Assembly: GCF_001194135.2 (NCBI RefSeq)
Contig: NC_068982.1
Coordinates: 192,044,550-192,108,549 of the forward strand
DNA length: 64,000 bases
Direction: 5' to 3'
DNA from: Octopus bimaculoides
Lineage: Eukaryota
Shown here: positions 38,400 to 51,289 of the stretch, piece by piece
How positions within the stretch are numbered: the stretch's first letter is position 1
How the letters are laid out: each line of letters opens with the position of its first letter
Position numbers and translations under genes: made by a program
The notes under the pieces: model-generated
Database searches by the model: none
The model's input: the letters and a program-made list of their open reading frames with translations, nothing else
Told to the model about the DNA's origin: nothing

Positions 38400-38484
38400 C
38401 TATAGAGTAAAGTTTCAGAAGAGTACAGAGCATTATATTAATCCTCTCCATTAGGTTACAGTCGTTTCTGCTATAACAAGCAGT

Positions 38485-39440
38485 GCACTTACAGCTAAGT
38501 CATGTAGCAGAGTCAATAAGCAGACAGTGTAGGAGAGAGAATAGTGATGTAGTAGGAGAGAAATGTGTTCGCATGGATGATGGTACGCTTGCTCTAAATG
38601 AGGCTGCAAAGAAAGAGGTCTGGAGAAGCCACTACGATAGATTGCTTAATAAAGAGAATGAATGGGAGAAAGAGAGTCTGCCGTATGTTGATCCAACAGA
38701 TGGACCAGCTATCCGAGTTGACAGTACCATGGTAGATAAAGCAATTAAGAGAATGAAGACAGGGAAAGCCCCCGGCCCATCAGGAATCACTGCAGAGATG
38801 CTCAAAATATATGGCAGTGTCGGCTATAGCCTAGTCACCCATATTACGAACCAGGTGATACACGAAGGAGTCATACCCAATGACTAGTGTAGCAGCACCA
38901 TAATCAACTGCTACAAAGATAAAGGTGATGCTTTAGATACAAATAATTACAGAGGTATCAAACTTTTAGATCAGGTAATGAAAGTCACGGAGAGGGTAAT
39001 AGCTCAACTGCTTAGGGAGCGAGTCAGCTTAGATGAGATGCAGTTTGGGTTTGTGCCTGGGAAAGGCACCACTGATGCTATATTTCTGGTAAGACAGCTT
39101 CGAGTGACATCGTTGCCAGTGCCCCTGGACTGGCTCATGTGCGGGAGACAAATGAAGTCTTTCGAGCGGGATCGATGCCAGTGCCACTGGACTGGCTCTT
39201 TTGCGGGAGACAAATGAAATTTTTCGAGCGGGATCGATGCCAGTGCCCCTCGACTGGCTCTTGTGCGGGAGACACATGACGATTTTTCGTGCGAGATCGT
39301 TGCCGGTGTCCCTGGACTGGCTCATGTGCGGGTGACACATNNNNNNNNNNNNNNNNNNNNNNNNNNNNNNNNNNNNNNNNNNNNNNNNNNNNNNNNNNNN
39401 NNNNNNNNNNNNNNNNNNNNNNNNNNNNNNNNNNNNNNNN

Positions 39441-39478
<38 letters not shown>

Positions 39479-40765
39479 TGTATATATGCAGCAATATCAA
39501 CGGAAGGTTAACTAGGAAGCTAGTTTTTGTATGTAGATGTTCAGGAGCTATAAACACTGTGAATGTGCAGAAAACACCTTCTGTCACATTTCAGGGAGAA
39601 AAACTAGACGTAATTGATAGCTTCCGCTATCTAGGTGACCAAGTTAGTAGTGGGGGAGGGTGCGCTGAAAGTGTAGCTGCTAGAATAAGAATAGCCTGGG
39701 CAAAGTTCAGAGAGCTCTTACCTCTGCTGGTGACAAAGGGTCTTTCTCTCACAGTAAAAGGCAGACTGTATTACGCATGTGTACGACCAGCCATGCTTTA
39801 TGGCAATGAAACATGGGCCGTGACTGCTGAAGACATGAGTAGGCTTGCAAGGAATGAAGCCGGTATGCTCCGTTGGATGTGTAATGTCAGTGTGCATACT
39901 CGACAGAGTATTAGTACCTTGAGAGAAAAGTTGAACTTAAGAAGCATCAGTTGTGGTGTGCAAGAGAGACGATTGCGTTGGTATGGACATGTGGCAAGAA
40001 TGGATGAGGATAACTGTGTGAAAAAGTCCCACACCCTAGCAGTTGAGGGAACCTGTGGAAGAGGTAGGCCCAGGAAGACCTGGGATGAGGTGGTGAAGCA
40101 AGGCCTTCGAACATTGGGCCTCACCGAGGCGATGACTTCTGACTGAGACCTTTGGAAATATGCAGTATGTGAGAAGACCCGGCAAGCCAAGTGAGACCTA
40201 AATTCAAGACCTCTGCCAGGGATGTAGCTAGCCCACTTATGCGTACCTTCCCTTCATTGGACACTAAACTCTGCTTGCTAAGACCTGTTGAGGCAAGTGA
40301 AATCGAATTCGAAATCATACTAAATTCGACGACTGGCACCCATGCCAACGTCGTCTCCTTCATTGGACACGAAACTCAGCTTGCGAAGACCTGTTGGGGC
40401 AAGCGAAATCGTGATGGCACCTGTGCCCAGTGTCGCTTTTCTGGCACTTGTGCCCGCAGCATGTGTAAGGACTTTTGAGTGAGATCGTTGCAAGTGCCCC
40501 TGGACTGGCTCTTGTGCGGGTGGCACATAAAATACACCATTTTGAGCGCAGCCGTTGCCAGTACCACCTGACTGGCCTTCGTGCCAGTGGCACATAAAAG
40601 CACCTACTACACTCTCGGAGTGGTTGGCGTTAGGAAGGGCATCCAGCTGTAGAAACTCTGCCAAATAAGATTGGGGCCTGGTATAGCCATCTGGTTTCAC
40701 CAGTCCTCAGTCAAATCGTCCAACCCATGCTAGCATGGAAAGCAGACGTTAAACAATGATGATGG
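38485..40765 (+). mobile_element. RTE LINE (5'-truncated), interrupted by a minisatellite and a gap
   Basis: KTGKAPGPSGITAEMLK, YRGIKLLDQVMKVTERVIAQL...QFGFVPGKGTTDAIFLVRQL. After the gap: FRYLGDQVS...KGRLY...RRLRWYGHVARM...GRGRPRKTW, then 3' UTR and (GAT)n. Confidence 0.92.
39101..39340 (+). repeat. 62-63-bp minisatellite derived from the RTE 3' UTR
   Basis: Units start at 39101, 39163, 39225 and 39288 and run into the gap. The unit matches 40480-40530 (GAGATCGTTGCAAGTGCCCCTGGACTGGCTCTTGTGCGGGTGGCACAT). Confidence 0.85.
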
Positions 40766-40990
40766 ATATATATATATGGATACTACACGTGTATAAGGGA
40801 TGACCACTAGGTGGACATCCAATATGCTAGAAAGAGGTCATCAACGACCTAACCACAAAGAAAAATAATGTTCTCCAGAAAAATTCCGCAAAACCACCAG
40901 AACAGGACAAAATGAGAAATATACAGAATAAAGAATTATCTATGGACTGCAGGTTCTAACATTAACGTTTTGCTTACCTGACAATATCCG

Positions 40991-41257
40991 TACATAACAA
41001 CAGCCGTGTTCTCATCAGCATAGACATTCTAGAATCAATATAATTTGCAGAAGTATATACGAATTGTTTTCATGAAAGAAGACTTGCATATAGTTCTACC
41101 GATTACATTGGGGCGGAGGCATTTTGAAAAGTAGCCCCAATGTAATCGGTAGAACTATATGCAAGTCTTATTTCATGAAAACAATTCGTATATACTTCTG
41201 CAAATTATATTGATTCTAGAACATCTATGCTGATGAGAACACGGATGTTGTTACGTA
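40991..41257. repeat. 124-bp near-perfect inverted repeat with 19-nt loop
   Basis: Arms 40991-41114 and 41134-41257, 5 mismatches, no indels (aligned by hand). Confidence 0.95.
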
Positions 41258-42253
41258 GATGAAAAGTTACTGTTTTGTAGATGATTGTGATAAAGTTGAT
41301 GGCATTAAAAAGTAATAAGAATCTTTCAGAAAAATGGACATACAAAGGTACATAAAAATGATAACTGCTGTTTTATAGGTAATTTTAAAAGTTTGCTATT
41401 CTTTATTCTGCATATCAGTGTTGTAATTAAATATAAATCATTTTCATAAACAAGGTTAGTAAAATAAACTAGTAGACATTTGGCAGGTTTTACTGTTCCA
41501 GTAACAAAATCTGCTTGATAGGATAATAAACAGGTAACATTTTGGTTTTATTATTATTCTGTTTAAATGTATATCTTGAACTTTCAACATTTAGGGTAGG
41601 ACACCTGTGAGAAGAAATAGGTGTAGAGTTATATCATTATCATGAGATAATCTGTAGTTGGGAAAGATATCTTCCTGGTGTGTCTGACAAGTTTCATGTG
41701 GAATGAACTATGCAATTAAAAGCTGTTGGTCAGATCCATTTGCAATGATGATTGGAGATAACGGTATGACTGAGTTCTGAGGAGAAAGACTTCCTGCTGT
41801 CTTCTTTAGGTCAGTAGCTAACCTTGAACCAAAATGTTACCAGCCAAGTTAACATTAATTATAGTCCTCCTGTTTGAAATATCTATCCTCATACTATCTC
41901 ACAGCAGGCGAACTATGTTACTCTACAAATTTTATTATATTTCGGTATTTATGGTTAAAAAATGGAATGAGTTGAAAGAGTTATGTGTCTTGACAACAGA
42001 CATAGAACAAGTGATGACATATGAAACAAAATCAATCTGTAGTCCAACATGACTCGGGTAACTGCAACTCTACAATACAAACTGACCAAATAAAAGATGC
42101 TTTCTGTTGGAAGAAGCAAACTTCATCTTTTCATATTTTCTTTAACTCTTCAAAAAAATCCTCATTCCAAGACTACTGTCTGTATTTAAATTAACTCATT
42201 ATTATATACAAAATTACCGTAGTTGAAAGAGTCTTTCTTAAATGTTATTCTAA

Positions 42254-42281
42254 TAACCCTAACCCTAACCCTAACCCTAAC
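42254..42281. repeat. Short interstitial (TAACCC)n tract
   Basis: About 4.6 perfect units. Confidence 0.9.
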
Positions 42282-42399
42282 ATTTCACGGAATAGAAAGG
42301 TTTCTGTTATTCAGGGTTTAGTAAAATTACAGAAATTATGCCAGCTGTTCGACAGAGGAGACTGAGCAAAAGGCACCGATGAACCAAGGTCATTGACAG

Positions 42400-43195
42400 C
42401 ACTGCAGCCCAAAGATTTTCAGACCAGCAACGGATGGCGTGACCGTTTCCAGAAATGGTTTAAAATAAAGTGCATTTCCCTGCATGGAGAGACAACATTA
42501 GCCGAGAAAAAAGCTACCGAGAAGTACCTTGAGACCTCCAGGTAGATCATTGAGGACAAGGGATGCAATCCAGAACAGGTTTTCAGTATGAACAAGCTGG
42601 CTTGTTCTGGAAGAAGATGCCTTCCAGAATGTACATCATGAAGGATGAAGCCAGAGCCCCAGCATGTAAGGCACAGAAGGAGGACAGAGTGATGCTAATT
42701 TTGCGTGGCAATACTCCTGGCTTCATGATGATACCAGGACTTATCAACAAGTCCACGAATCTAAGGGCCTTCAAAAATAAGAATAAAAACTTGCTGCCTG
42801 TCCACTGGATGCACAACCCCAAGGCCTGGATTACCAAAAGTCTAATATTTTGAATTGGTTCCACCAATGCTTCATCCCTCAAGTCAAGGAATACCTCCAA
42901 AATGTTTGCATAGAATTCAAGGTTTTGCTTGTTATGGATAATACTGGTGGTCACTCTTTGGATTTGAATCACGAGGGAGTTCAAGTCGAGTTCCTCCTGC
43001 CAACACCATCTCCCTCATCCAGCCTATGGATCAAGGCGTGATCCATGCCTTCAAAGGCACTTTACACTCTGAACCCTCTCCAACACCTTGTGGATGCAAT
43101 GGATTCGGATGAGAATTTCAAGTTAAAGGAGTTCTGGTGTAACTTTACGATTGCAACATGCCTGTCAGTCATCCATGTTGCTCTAAAAGACATGG
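42400..43195 (+). mobile_element. Tigger/pogo transposase fragment
   Basis: FQTSNGWRDRF..LHGE, GLFWKKMPSRMYI, WMHNPKAWIT, WFHQCFIPQVKEY..KVLLVMDN..GH, QPMDQG. Confidence 0.85.
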
Positions 43196-43329
43196 ATGCA
43201 CTGTAATTCCAATATCTACCTTTAGGTGTCTTTGTCACTTGTGATTCCTGCGCTTGTTTTGAATTCAGATTTGTTTATGTCTATTTATCGGCTACTTTCT
43301 CATTCTCATTCATTTGTGACTTTATTTTT

Positions 43330-44640
43330 TGCCCCCCATGACTCCTAAGAAAATTCATAAGGAAAGTGCTAAGTGTCGTGCTGGAAGATAAAACACCATG
43401 GAAAAGGTGTGAAGTGGAAGCAATTGCACAATCTTTTGGGATGAGTCGGACAAGTGTATCAACGATTGTACATAATAAGGGTAAGATTTTAGCACACATC
43501 AAATCTGAAGCCCCAGGGATGAAGAACAGCGTCATCAATAAGAAAAGAGGCAAACATCTTTGAAGAAACGAAAAGGATTCTTTCTCTTTGGGTTGTTAGG
43601 TCGAATGGTCAGCGTGCTACTATTAGTCAAGAAATCATTCAAGAGAAAACATTGTCTTTATTTGAGGACCTGAAGAAAAAATATCCAGATGAGAAAGCTA
43701 TAGAGTTCAAGTCAAGTCAAAGATGGTTCATAAGATTTAAGGAACGAAGAAGTTATCACTCCATTAAGAAGCAAGGTGAAAGTTCATCAGCTGACGAACA
43801 AGCAGCAACGGAATTTCCCAATGCATTAAAGAAAATCATTGAAGAAAGCCAGTTTTTTCCCAAACAGATTTTTAATGTAGACGAAAATGGATTGTAATGG
43901 AAAAAATTGTCAGACCATTCATTCATTTCCAAAGAGGAGAAAACAATTCCAGGCTACAAGGTCTCAGAAGAATGTGTGACTATTATGTTGGGAGGTAATT
44001 GTAGAAGAGATTTAAGTTAAGGCCATTGATTGTGTTTCATGCACACAACCTCCGTGCCCTGGAGAACATACCCAAGGAATCTCTCCCTGTTATATGGATA
44101 GCTAATTCAAAAGCATGGGTTACTGTTTTTGTTTTTGAAGATTTATCCCAGCAGCAGAGAAGTATTGTAAGGAGAAGGAGATTCTTTTTAAGGTTTTACT
44201 TATCTTAGATAATGCTCCTGGCCACCCACAAAACATTGTAGATTTTGACCCCCAACATTACCATTGTATACCTCCCTCTGAACACCATGTCTCTTCTGCA
44301 GCCAATGGATCAGGGAATAATTGCTATCTTCAAGTGTTACTATATGAAGCATACACTGCGGCAAGCAATAGCTGCAACTAATCTTGATGAGTGCATCACA
44401 CTTCATGACTTTTAGAAGAGATACAACATCTACAAGGCTGTACAGAATATAGCAGTGGTATGGGATGACATGCAGAGCACAGCTATGAATGATTATGGAA
44501 GAAGCTATGCCTGCAACTCATGAATGATTTTAAGGGGTTTGATAGTGTTGCCATCAATAAAACATTGGTGACTACAAGCATAGAACTGGAAATGAATTTG
44601 GAGAAGGATTTCACAGATTTATTTAAAAAAGACAAGCAGC
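43330..44640 (+). mobile_element. Second Tigger/pogo transposase remnant
   Basis: HTH region (FGMSRTSVSTIVHNKGKI), FKSSQRWFIRFKER..GESSSAD, QIFNVDENGL, LDNAPGHP, LQPMDQGII; multiple lesions. Confidence 0.85.
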
Positions 44641-44664
44641 CCCTGACAAACCGAAAGTCATGTA

Positions 44665-44830
44665 ACCACCCTTCAAGTTTTCCAGGTATGCTAAGATCAC
44701 ACAGTTTGTGGCATAGCTTTTGCAAAGTCAAGGTATATTACGTCCACCCAGTCATAGTGCTGTCGGAGTTGGGTGAGGCAGCTCCTGCCTGGTTGAAAAC
44801 CATGCTGGGTGTCACTCAGGGAATGTTATT
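44665..44830 (-). mobile_element. CR1-like RT fragment
   Basis: Minus strand QHGFQPGRSCLTQLRQHYDWVDVIYLDFAKA. Confidence 0.75.
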
Positions 44831-45224
44831 AGTTTCCACTGACAAGGGATGGGGGGTCAGAATATAAATGGGATGGTCAAGTAAAAGAGAAGAGAGAAAC
44901 AGATGGTGGCAAGTGCCAGGGCCATACCCTAGAGGTACGGCAATCATAATGTAAGTAGCAGAGTATTGCCAAAGCAGCATGATTAGAGTGTGGGGGAGGG
45001 GAATGTAGTGAGTGGTGAAAACCTGGGTATATAGAGGGGGGTTGGAGCTACTGGATAGCAGTGAAACAGTGAACAGGGCTGTGAAGACAGGATTGGAGGG
45101 TGAGAGATAATAGAGTGCATGAAAGAGGAGATGTGAGGAAGAGAAGAGATGTAGTTTGATTTGTTGAGGGGAGGGGTTCTTATGTGTGGGTGGAACACAC
45201 TGCTTCTAGAACTCAGTTTCACTG

Positions 45225-46725
45225 ATGTGGGCAGGTCTTCTCAAGAACTTCATATCACCATATACCTTGGTCCATTGTCATCTCCTCCACGAGCTTCAAC
45301 ATCCTGAGATCAGTTCTTAACACTTCATCCCATGTCTTCCTGGGTCTTCGTCTTCTGCAGGTACCATCCACTTTCAGTGATCAGCACTTCTTTATGCAGC
45401 TGTCCTCATTCATACACATCACATGTCCAAATGTTGCATTTGATTCCTCTTATGCCCAATTTTTCTCTCAATGCATTTGCACTTTGCCATACATGCACAC
45501 TGATGTTGCACATCCAACGGAGCATGCTGCCTTCATTTTTCTCCAGTATACGCATGTCTTCCTCATTTAGAGCCCATGTCTCACTACCATGGAGTATGGC
45601 CATTCATACACAAGCATCATACAGNNNNNNNNNNNNNNNNNNNNNNNNNNNNNNNNNNNNNNNNNNNNNNNNNNNNNNNNNNNNNNNNNNNNNNNNNNNN
45701 NNNNNNNNNNNNNNNNNNNNNNNNNNNNNNNNNNNNNNNNNNNNNNNNNNNNNNNNNNNNNNNNNNNNNNNNNNNNNNNNNNNNNNNNNNNNNNNNNNNN
45801 NNNNNNNNNNNNNNNNNNNNNNNNNNNNNNNNNNNNNNNNNNNNNNNNNNNNNNNNNNNNNNNNNNNNNNNNNNNNNNNNNNNNNNNNNNNNNNNNNNNN
45901 NNNNNNNNNNNNNNNNNNNNNNNNNNNNNNNNNNNNATACCTTGGTCCATTGTCATCTCCTCCACGAGCTTCAACATCCTGAGATCAGTTCTTAACACTT
46001 CATCCCATGTCTTCCTGGGTCTTCGTCTTCTGCAGGTACCATCCACTTTCAGTGATCAGCACTTCTTTATGCAGCTGTCCTCATTCATACACATCACATG
46101 TCCAAATGTTGCATTTGATTCCTCTTATGCCCAATTTTTCTCTCAATGCATTTGCACTTTGCCATACATGCACACTGATGTTGCACATCCAACGGAGCAT
46201 GCTGCCTTCATTTTTCTCCAGTATACGCATGTCTTCCTCATTTAGAGCCCATGTCTCACTACCATGGAGTATGGCCATTCATACACAAGCATCATACAGT
46301 CTACCTTTCATTCTGAGAGAGAGAGAGGCCTTTTGTTGCCAACAGAGGTAATAGCTCTCTGAACTTCCTCCACCCAATTCTTATTCTAGAAACAATACCT
46401 TTCAGAGCATCCTCCACCATTGCTAATTTGGTCACCTAGGTAACAGGAACTAAGTCCCATGTGCTCTTAGAGCTTATTGTGTCTGTTCAGCTACCCGGGA
46501 TTCCACTGCACCTCTTGTGTCCATAGCTCACACTGGGTGCAGTGAATGGAATTCCAACTTCTTTCCAACATATTGAGCAGGGCCATTTACCTGATGGAAA
46601 GAGAGTTTTATCTTCTTTTTTGCTAACAACTTTGGTCTTTGCTAGGTTAATGTTAAGGCCTTTTGATTCCAGGTTTTGTTTCCATACCTGGAATTTCTTC
46701 TCCAATTCTGCTACAGATTCTGCAT
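45225..46725 (-). mobile_element. RTE LINE 3' portion (contains an artefactual 363-bp duplication across the gap)
   Basis: KFQVWKQNLESKGL, ILHGSETWAL, SMLRWMCNISV, RRRPRKTWDEVL. 45262-45624 matches 45937-46299 with no difference seen. Confidence 0.85.
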
Positions 46726-47685
46726 GTATATATTTTTATATATTGGCACACACATACATATATATTTATGTTATAGTACAGTCTGGTACCTTGCTGTACT
46801 CAAGAAGACCCATACGCAGCAGAAGACCGGTTCTGCTGGTGGTGTAAAGCACACGTGACAGTGCCACATAAATGTGTCCTTGTTGTGCCATGTAAAACAC
46901 TCATGCAGCACCATGTAGTAAAAGCACACTCTGCAAATGGTTGGCGTGAAGAAGGGCTTCCAACTGTAGAAACCCTGCCAAATCAGGCTGGAGTCTGGTG
47001 CAGCTTCCTAGTCTGCCAGCTCTGATCAAATCGTCCAACCCATGCCAGCATGGACAACAGAGTTACATGATGATGATGATGATGATATAGATAGGTGTGT
47101 ATATAATATATATGACTGTGTGTGGACGTTAAACGATGATGATGATGATGATGATATACACACACACACACACATAATAAATGATTTTATTTTTATTGCT
47201 GATCCATCTCAAAAAAGAATTTTTTTTTAACCCTGGTCAACTCAAATTGAGTTTACCTATGATCACAAACACAGTGTATCTAGATGTACATCATTTAGTG
47301 CGTTCCTTGTTTAAGATATTAGAGTGTGATTTAAGAGAGATTTTGCTCCTATTTTCTAGCAGGTTCTCCTACCATCTAAGCGGTGTGTGTGTGTGTGTGT
47401 GCAACATGCTAGTGATAGTTAGAGGTGGTGGCCATGTCTCTGATGGGACGATAGGAACTTCCTTTCTGCTGTGGCCCTCAGCACCCCAAGCCATTTCTCT
47501 CATGACATAAAGAGCGGATATCCATTATTTCGCTTCCATTGAAGTGGATGGCCTTTTACGAATGAGTTGTTCCCGATTTCCCATACATCTGTCAGCTTTA
47601 CAATGCTATCAGCTGTTTGCTTGTCACATGTCCTCCACTCACCACTAATTACAAACCAGTCCTACATTGGCAGCCAAAACATGTA

Positions 47686-47723
<38 letters not shown>

Positions 47724-49559
47724 CAGAACAGCCTATGTTATTTAGCACAAAAGTCTGTTCTTTTCTTTATCTTTTTCTTCTTTTAGTTGTAGACTGAAGG
47801 CTGTGGTCATGCTGGAGCACTACCACAGCTTCATTTCTAACTCAATTTATTAGACTGTGGCCATGCTGGGGCACCGTCTTGAAGCACTTTAGTCGAACAA
47901 ATCAACTCTATTTCTTAAGCTTATTCCAACCAATCTTTTTGAAGACATTTGAGAATTATCATTGGAAATTAGTTGAATCTCTGATGTATTTTCAGTGTTT
48001 ATCCAATTCAAATGAGTCTGTCAAATGTAGTCTTTATTTATTCACTTTGTTTTCATCATCATTTAACATGTTTTCCATGCTGCTGGCATGGATTGGATGG
48101 TTTGACTAACTGACGAGGCTGGGTCCTGCACCAGGCTCCACTCATCTGTTTTGGCATGGTCTCTCTGGCTGGATACCTTTCCTAATGCCAGCCACTTTAC
48201 AGCGTGTACTGGGTGCTTTGTATGTGGCACAAGTACTCAAGGAATTGCCAAGTAGCTTGCAAGACAAGGACCTCTCTGCTGAGAGAAGTGGGTCATGTGC
48301 CAGATGAGAGGAGGCTGGAGTATGAAAGAGGGACAAGGATAGCTGTCTGGCTACAGGGGTGGTACCTGGCTACCCCAGTTGGTACTGCTTGCTATTTTAC
48401 TAACAACTTGTAATACAAACTATTGATTTCTTTCTTTCATATTTCAACTAATCCTAAAAGCTGGTGCATATGTTTGCAGTGCAGCATTTTCTCAAACCTG
48501 ACTGATGATGATGTTGATGATGATGATGGTGATGACTGCATCTCAACTTCAAGCTTCTTACTTCCCCTCCTCAACCCTTCATGTCTTCACCCAACGTTCG
48601 TTAACCACTTTTATAATAATCACAACAACAACAACAACCACTAATATTTCTTTGTTGTTGTGTGACTGTGACAAGTGGTAGGACTGTACTGGAATTGATT
48701 TCTGCCAAACAAACCAGTTGATATCAATAATAATGGCAATGATATGGTTCCGCCAGTTCTGGCATCTACATTGAATGAGGAATATGAATTGCTAAGTCCA
48801 TTTACATCTTAGTTTTTAAAATTCACATCAAACTCCACTTATTGTATCCTTCTTTAACAGCTGCTTCCTCGCAGTTAACCCTGTTTGCCTTTGTTTCAAT
48901 TAATTTTGAGTTTAGTCAAATAACTTGTCATAATTAAGTTGGTGTTTGGAATAGAAATCAGGAGATTTTGATGGAAGAAGGTTTCAATTTAGATTCCTTT
49001 AAAGCAGGAAATTTGTATCATAGAATCGAGGATGGTTTCAGGTGTGTGGCTTTCAAAATGGTTAAATATCTTCATCCAGTCATATTGTTTTCTTCTTAGT
49101 TCCAGGCCAACCCTGATTAAGAAAACAGCAACAGTATTCCAACCATGACAAACCCTTTTTTATTATCAAGTGTAAGGCTCAGTATACTTTTCATAGGGTC
49201 TATCCCCAAATCTCTTCAATTAAAATGAAATTTAGTCAAGACCTTATGCTGAAACCAAATGGGAAATTTTTTTATTGAAAACCACTTCAGGTTTGTGAAA
49301 AAAATGAGGCAGTTTTATTTCTGATATTTACATGGAATCAAGTTTCCTTCATACCAGATCAACTTGGATGATGCCCTCGGAGTCCAACTAATTTCTCTCT
49401 TTAAAAACCCAGTTGACTAACATTTATTCTCGTTCAATTTCCCAATTGTCAGTAATGATTTGGAGAAATGAATTTAGACATGACAACAAAAATAAAAACA
49501 AAAATAAGCAAAATTAATAAAAACAAAGGAACTGAACAATTTTATTCTAAATCTCTCTC

Positions 49560-50060
49560 TAGAAAATGGTGCTATTTTATTTTTGATGTAGCAACATCAC
49601 AAATTGGTGTTCTTGATAGAACAACTTTCATATTGTCTTCGGGATCCACCCATTTTGTTCTCAACTTCTCTTTTCACAAGAGGGTAAATTGTTATAAAAG
49701 ACAACAGTATTTTTATCCTTTCCAACATGGTTTTGAAGACTTTTGTAGCTTTTTAAATCTGAAAGCGTGACAGATCTTCCTCATTCTGAAATTCTGCAAG
49801 TCTTTCACTTTTAAAAACAAAGTTCCAATAAATAAGTACATCTGCCAGTTCTTCAAACTCTGCAGATACAGCATCAGCAGTGTTACAGTTAGTTTCATTA
49901 CCCAACTGATAATGATGCATGAATCCAGTTCTGCAAACAAATTACAGAACCTTTGTTTGTTTGACAAAATTCTTTGTAACTGACTCTTTGATGTTACCAC
50001 CTCTGATGTCTTGACAACTTTCTGAAAAGGCATTCACCTTGTTTTGATCAGATTTCTACT
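49560..50060 (-). pseudogene. Unidentified intronless decayed coding segment
   Basis: Successive frames read KVNAFSESCQDIRGGNIKESVTKNFVKQTKVL / RTGFMHHYQLGNETNCNTADAVSAEFEELADVLIYWNFVFKSERLAEFQNEEDLSRFQI / YKSLQNHVGKDKNTVVFYNNLPSC / KWVDPEDNMKVVLSRTPICDV. Confidence 0.3.
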
Positions 50061-51289
50061 TCTAGTGCAGAAGTGTTGAGTCAAATACCCAAATGTTTTT
50101 CTTTGTTAAAATAACGAAACGCTGCTAAACATTTTGCCCATTCTGCTAACGATTCTGCCAACTTACTGCCTTATAAACATCAACTTAATATGTTGGGTTT
50201 AGCTGGAATAGAGAAAATATAAATATCACATTTTAGAATATCTCTGTTACAGAATTAATATTGAATTTAAACCACAGAAAATATCTGGAAAATAAAGAAA
50301 AACATTCCTGCATCATCCTTGAGTAGTAAATTAAAAAATTTTGCCACCAGAATGTAATGAGCCAATGTCTTATCTGAAGCAGATTTTTATGTTGATTCTG
50401 CAGTTTATTAGAAATTATTTTTGTAGATTATTTATAATTAAACATGTTTATCATATTATATAAATAGGGATCATTGTCAAATTTTAAGTTATATAATCCA
50501 AAAGTAAAATTAGTTGAAACAATTTTCTATTAAACTTCAAAATAAATCATAACAAATTCAAATGGAAACATCTGGTTAATTTTGGTTTCCATGAACAGAG
50601 AATATCTCCCTTTTGACAATGGGTGTTCATAATACAGGATTGTGTCTCCCCAGTCAAAGCCATGCCTGGATCAATGAATCTAACAAAGAAGACAGGCTCT
50701 TGTTTATAAAGATAGGCAAACGAAATATTTACTGATAACTGCCAAGCAGATAATAATCCATGGGTTGCATGAAGAAGAGCGAGAATCCTAACAATAACAC
50801 GTCTATTCATTCTCAACACATTCTGGTTGATTCTTTGCCAGAATGGATTAAGAACAAATAGAGACTATTTATTTGTGCTGCATGCACCTCATAGATTGTT
50901 TACTTTTTTTTTATGTCAAAAAAAGAAAGCAAAATATAATGTTTAAAAAATGTTCAATACAATAAATAAAAAATAAATTTCTATTTAATTAAAATGTTAA
51001 TTGGTTGAAATAAGTTATTAGAATATATTTTTCAAGATTTATGGCTTTACAATTTTACTAAAAAAGATTTAATTTCTGATATTATCTTTTTTCTCCTTCT
51101 TGTGAAGTGTTCAACATTAAATCTGTGAATTATGTAAGTTATGATTCAAAGCATAAAAATATTCAACATGTCTTTGTACAAAAGATATTGTCATGATGCT
51201 GTGTCTCTTATTTCTTATAAATGAAATGCAAATGCTGAACTTTCATTATTTACATTTGACTGATATTTGTCCTCATCTTGTTCGTTGTT

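Noticed and set aside
39101-39340. CRISPR-like array
   Set aside because: Units are contiguous with no unique spacers, derive from a LINE UTR, and the DNA is eukaryotic with no cas genes.
45262-46299. Apparent 363-bp direct duplication (45262-45624 and 45937-46299)
   Set aside because: The copies look identical and sit exactly either side of an N-gap, the typical signature of unmerged contig overlap. Treated as an assembly artefact.
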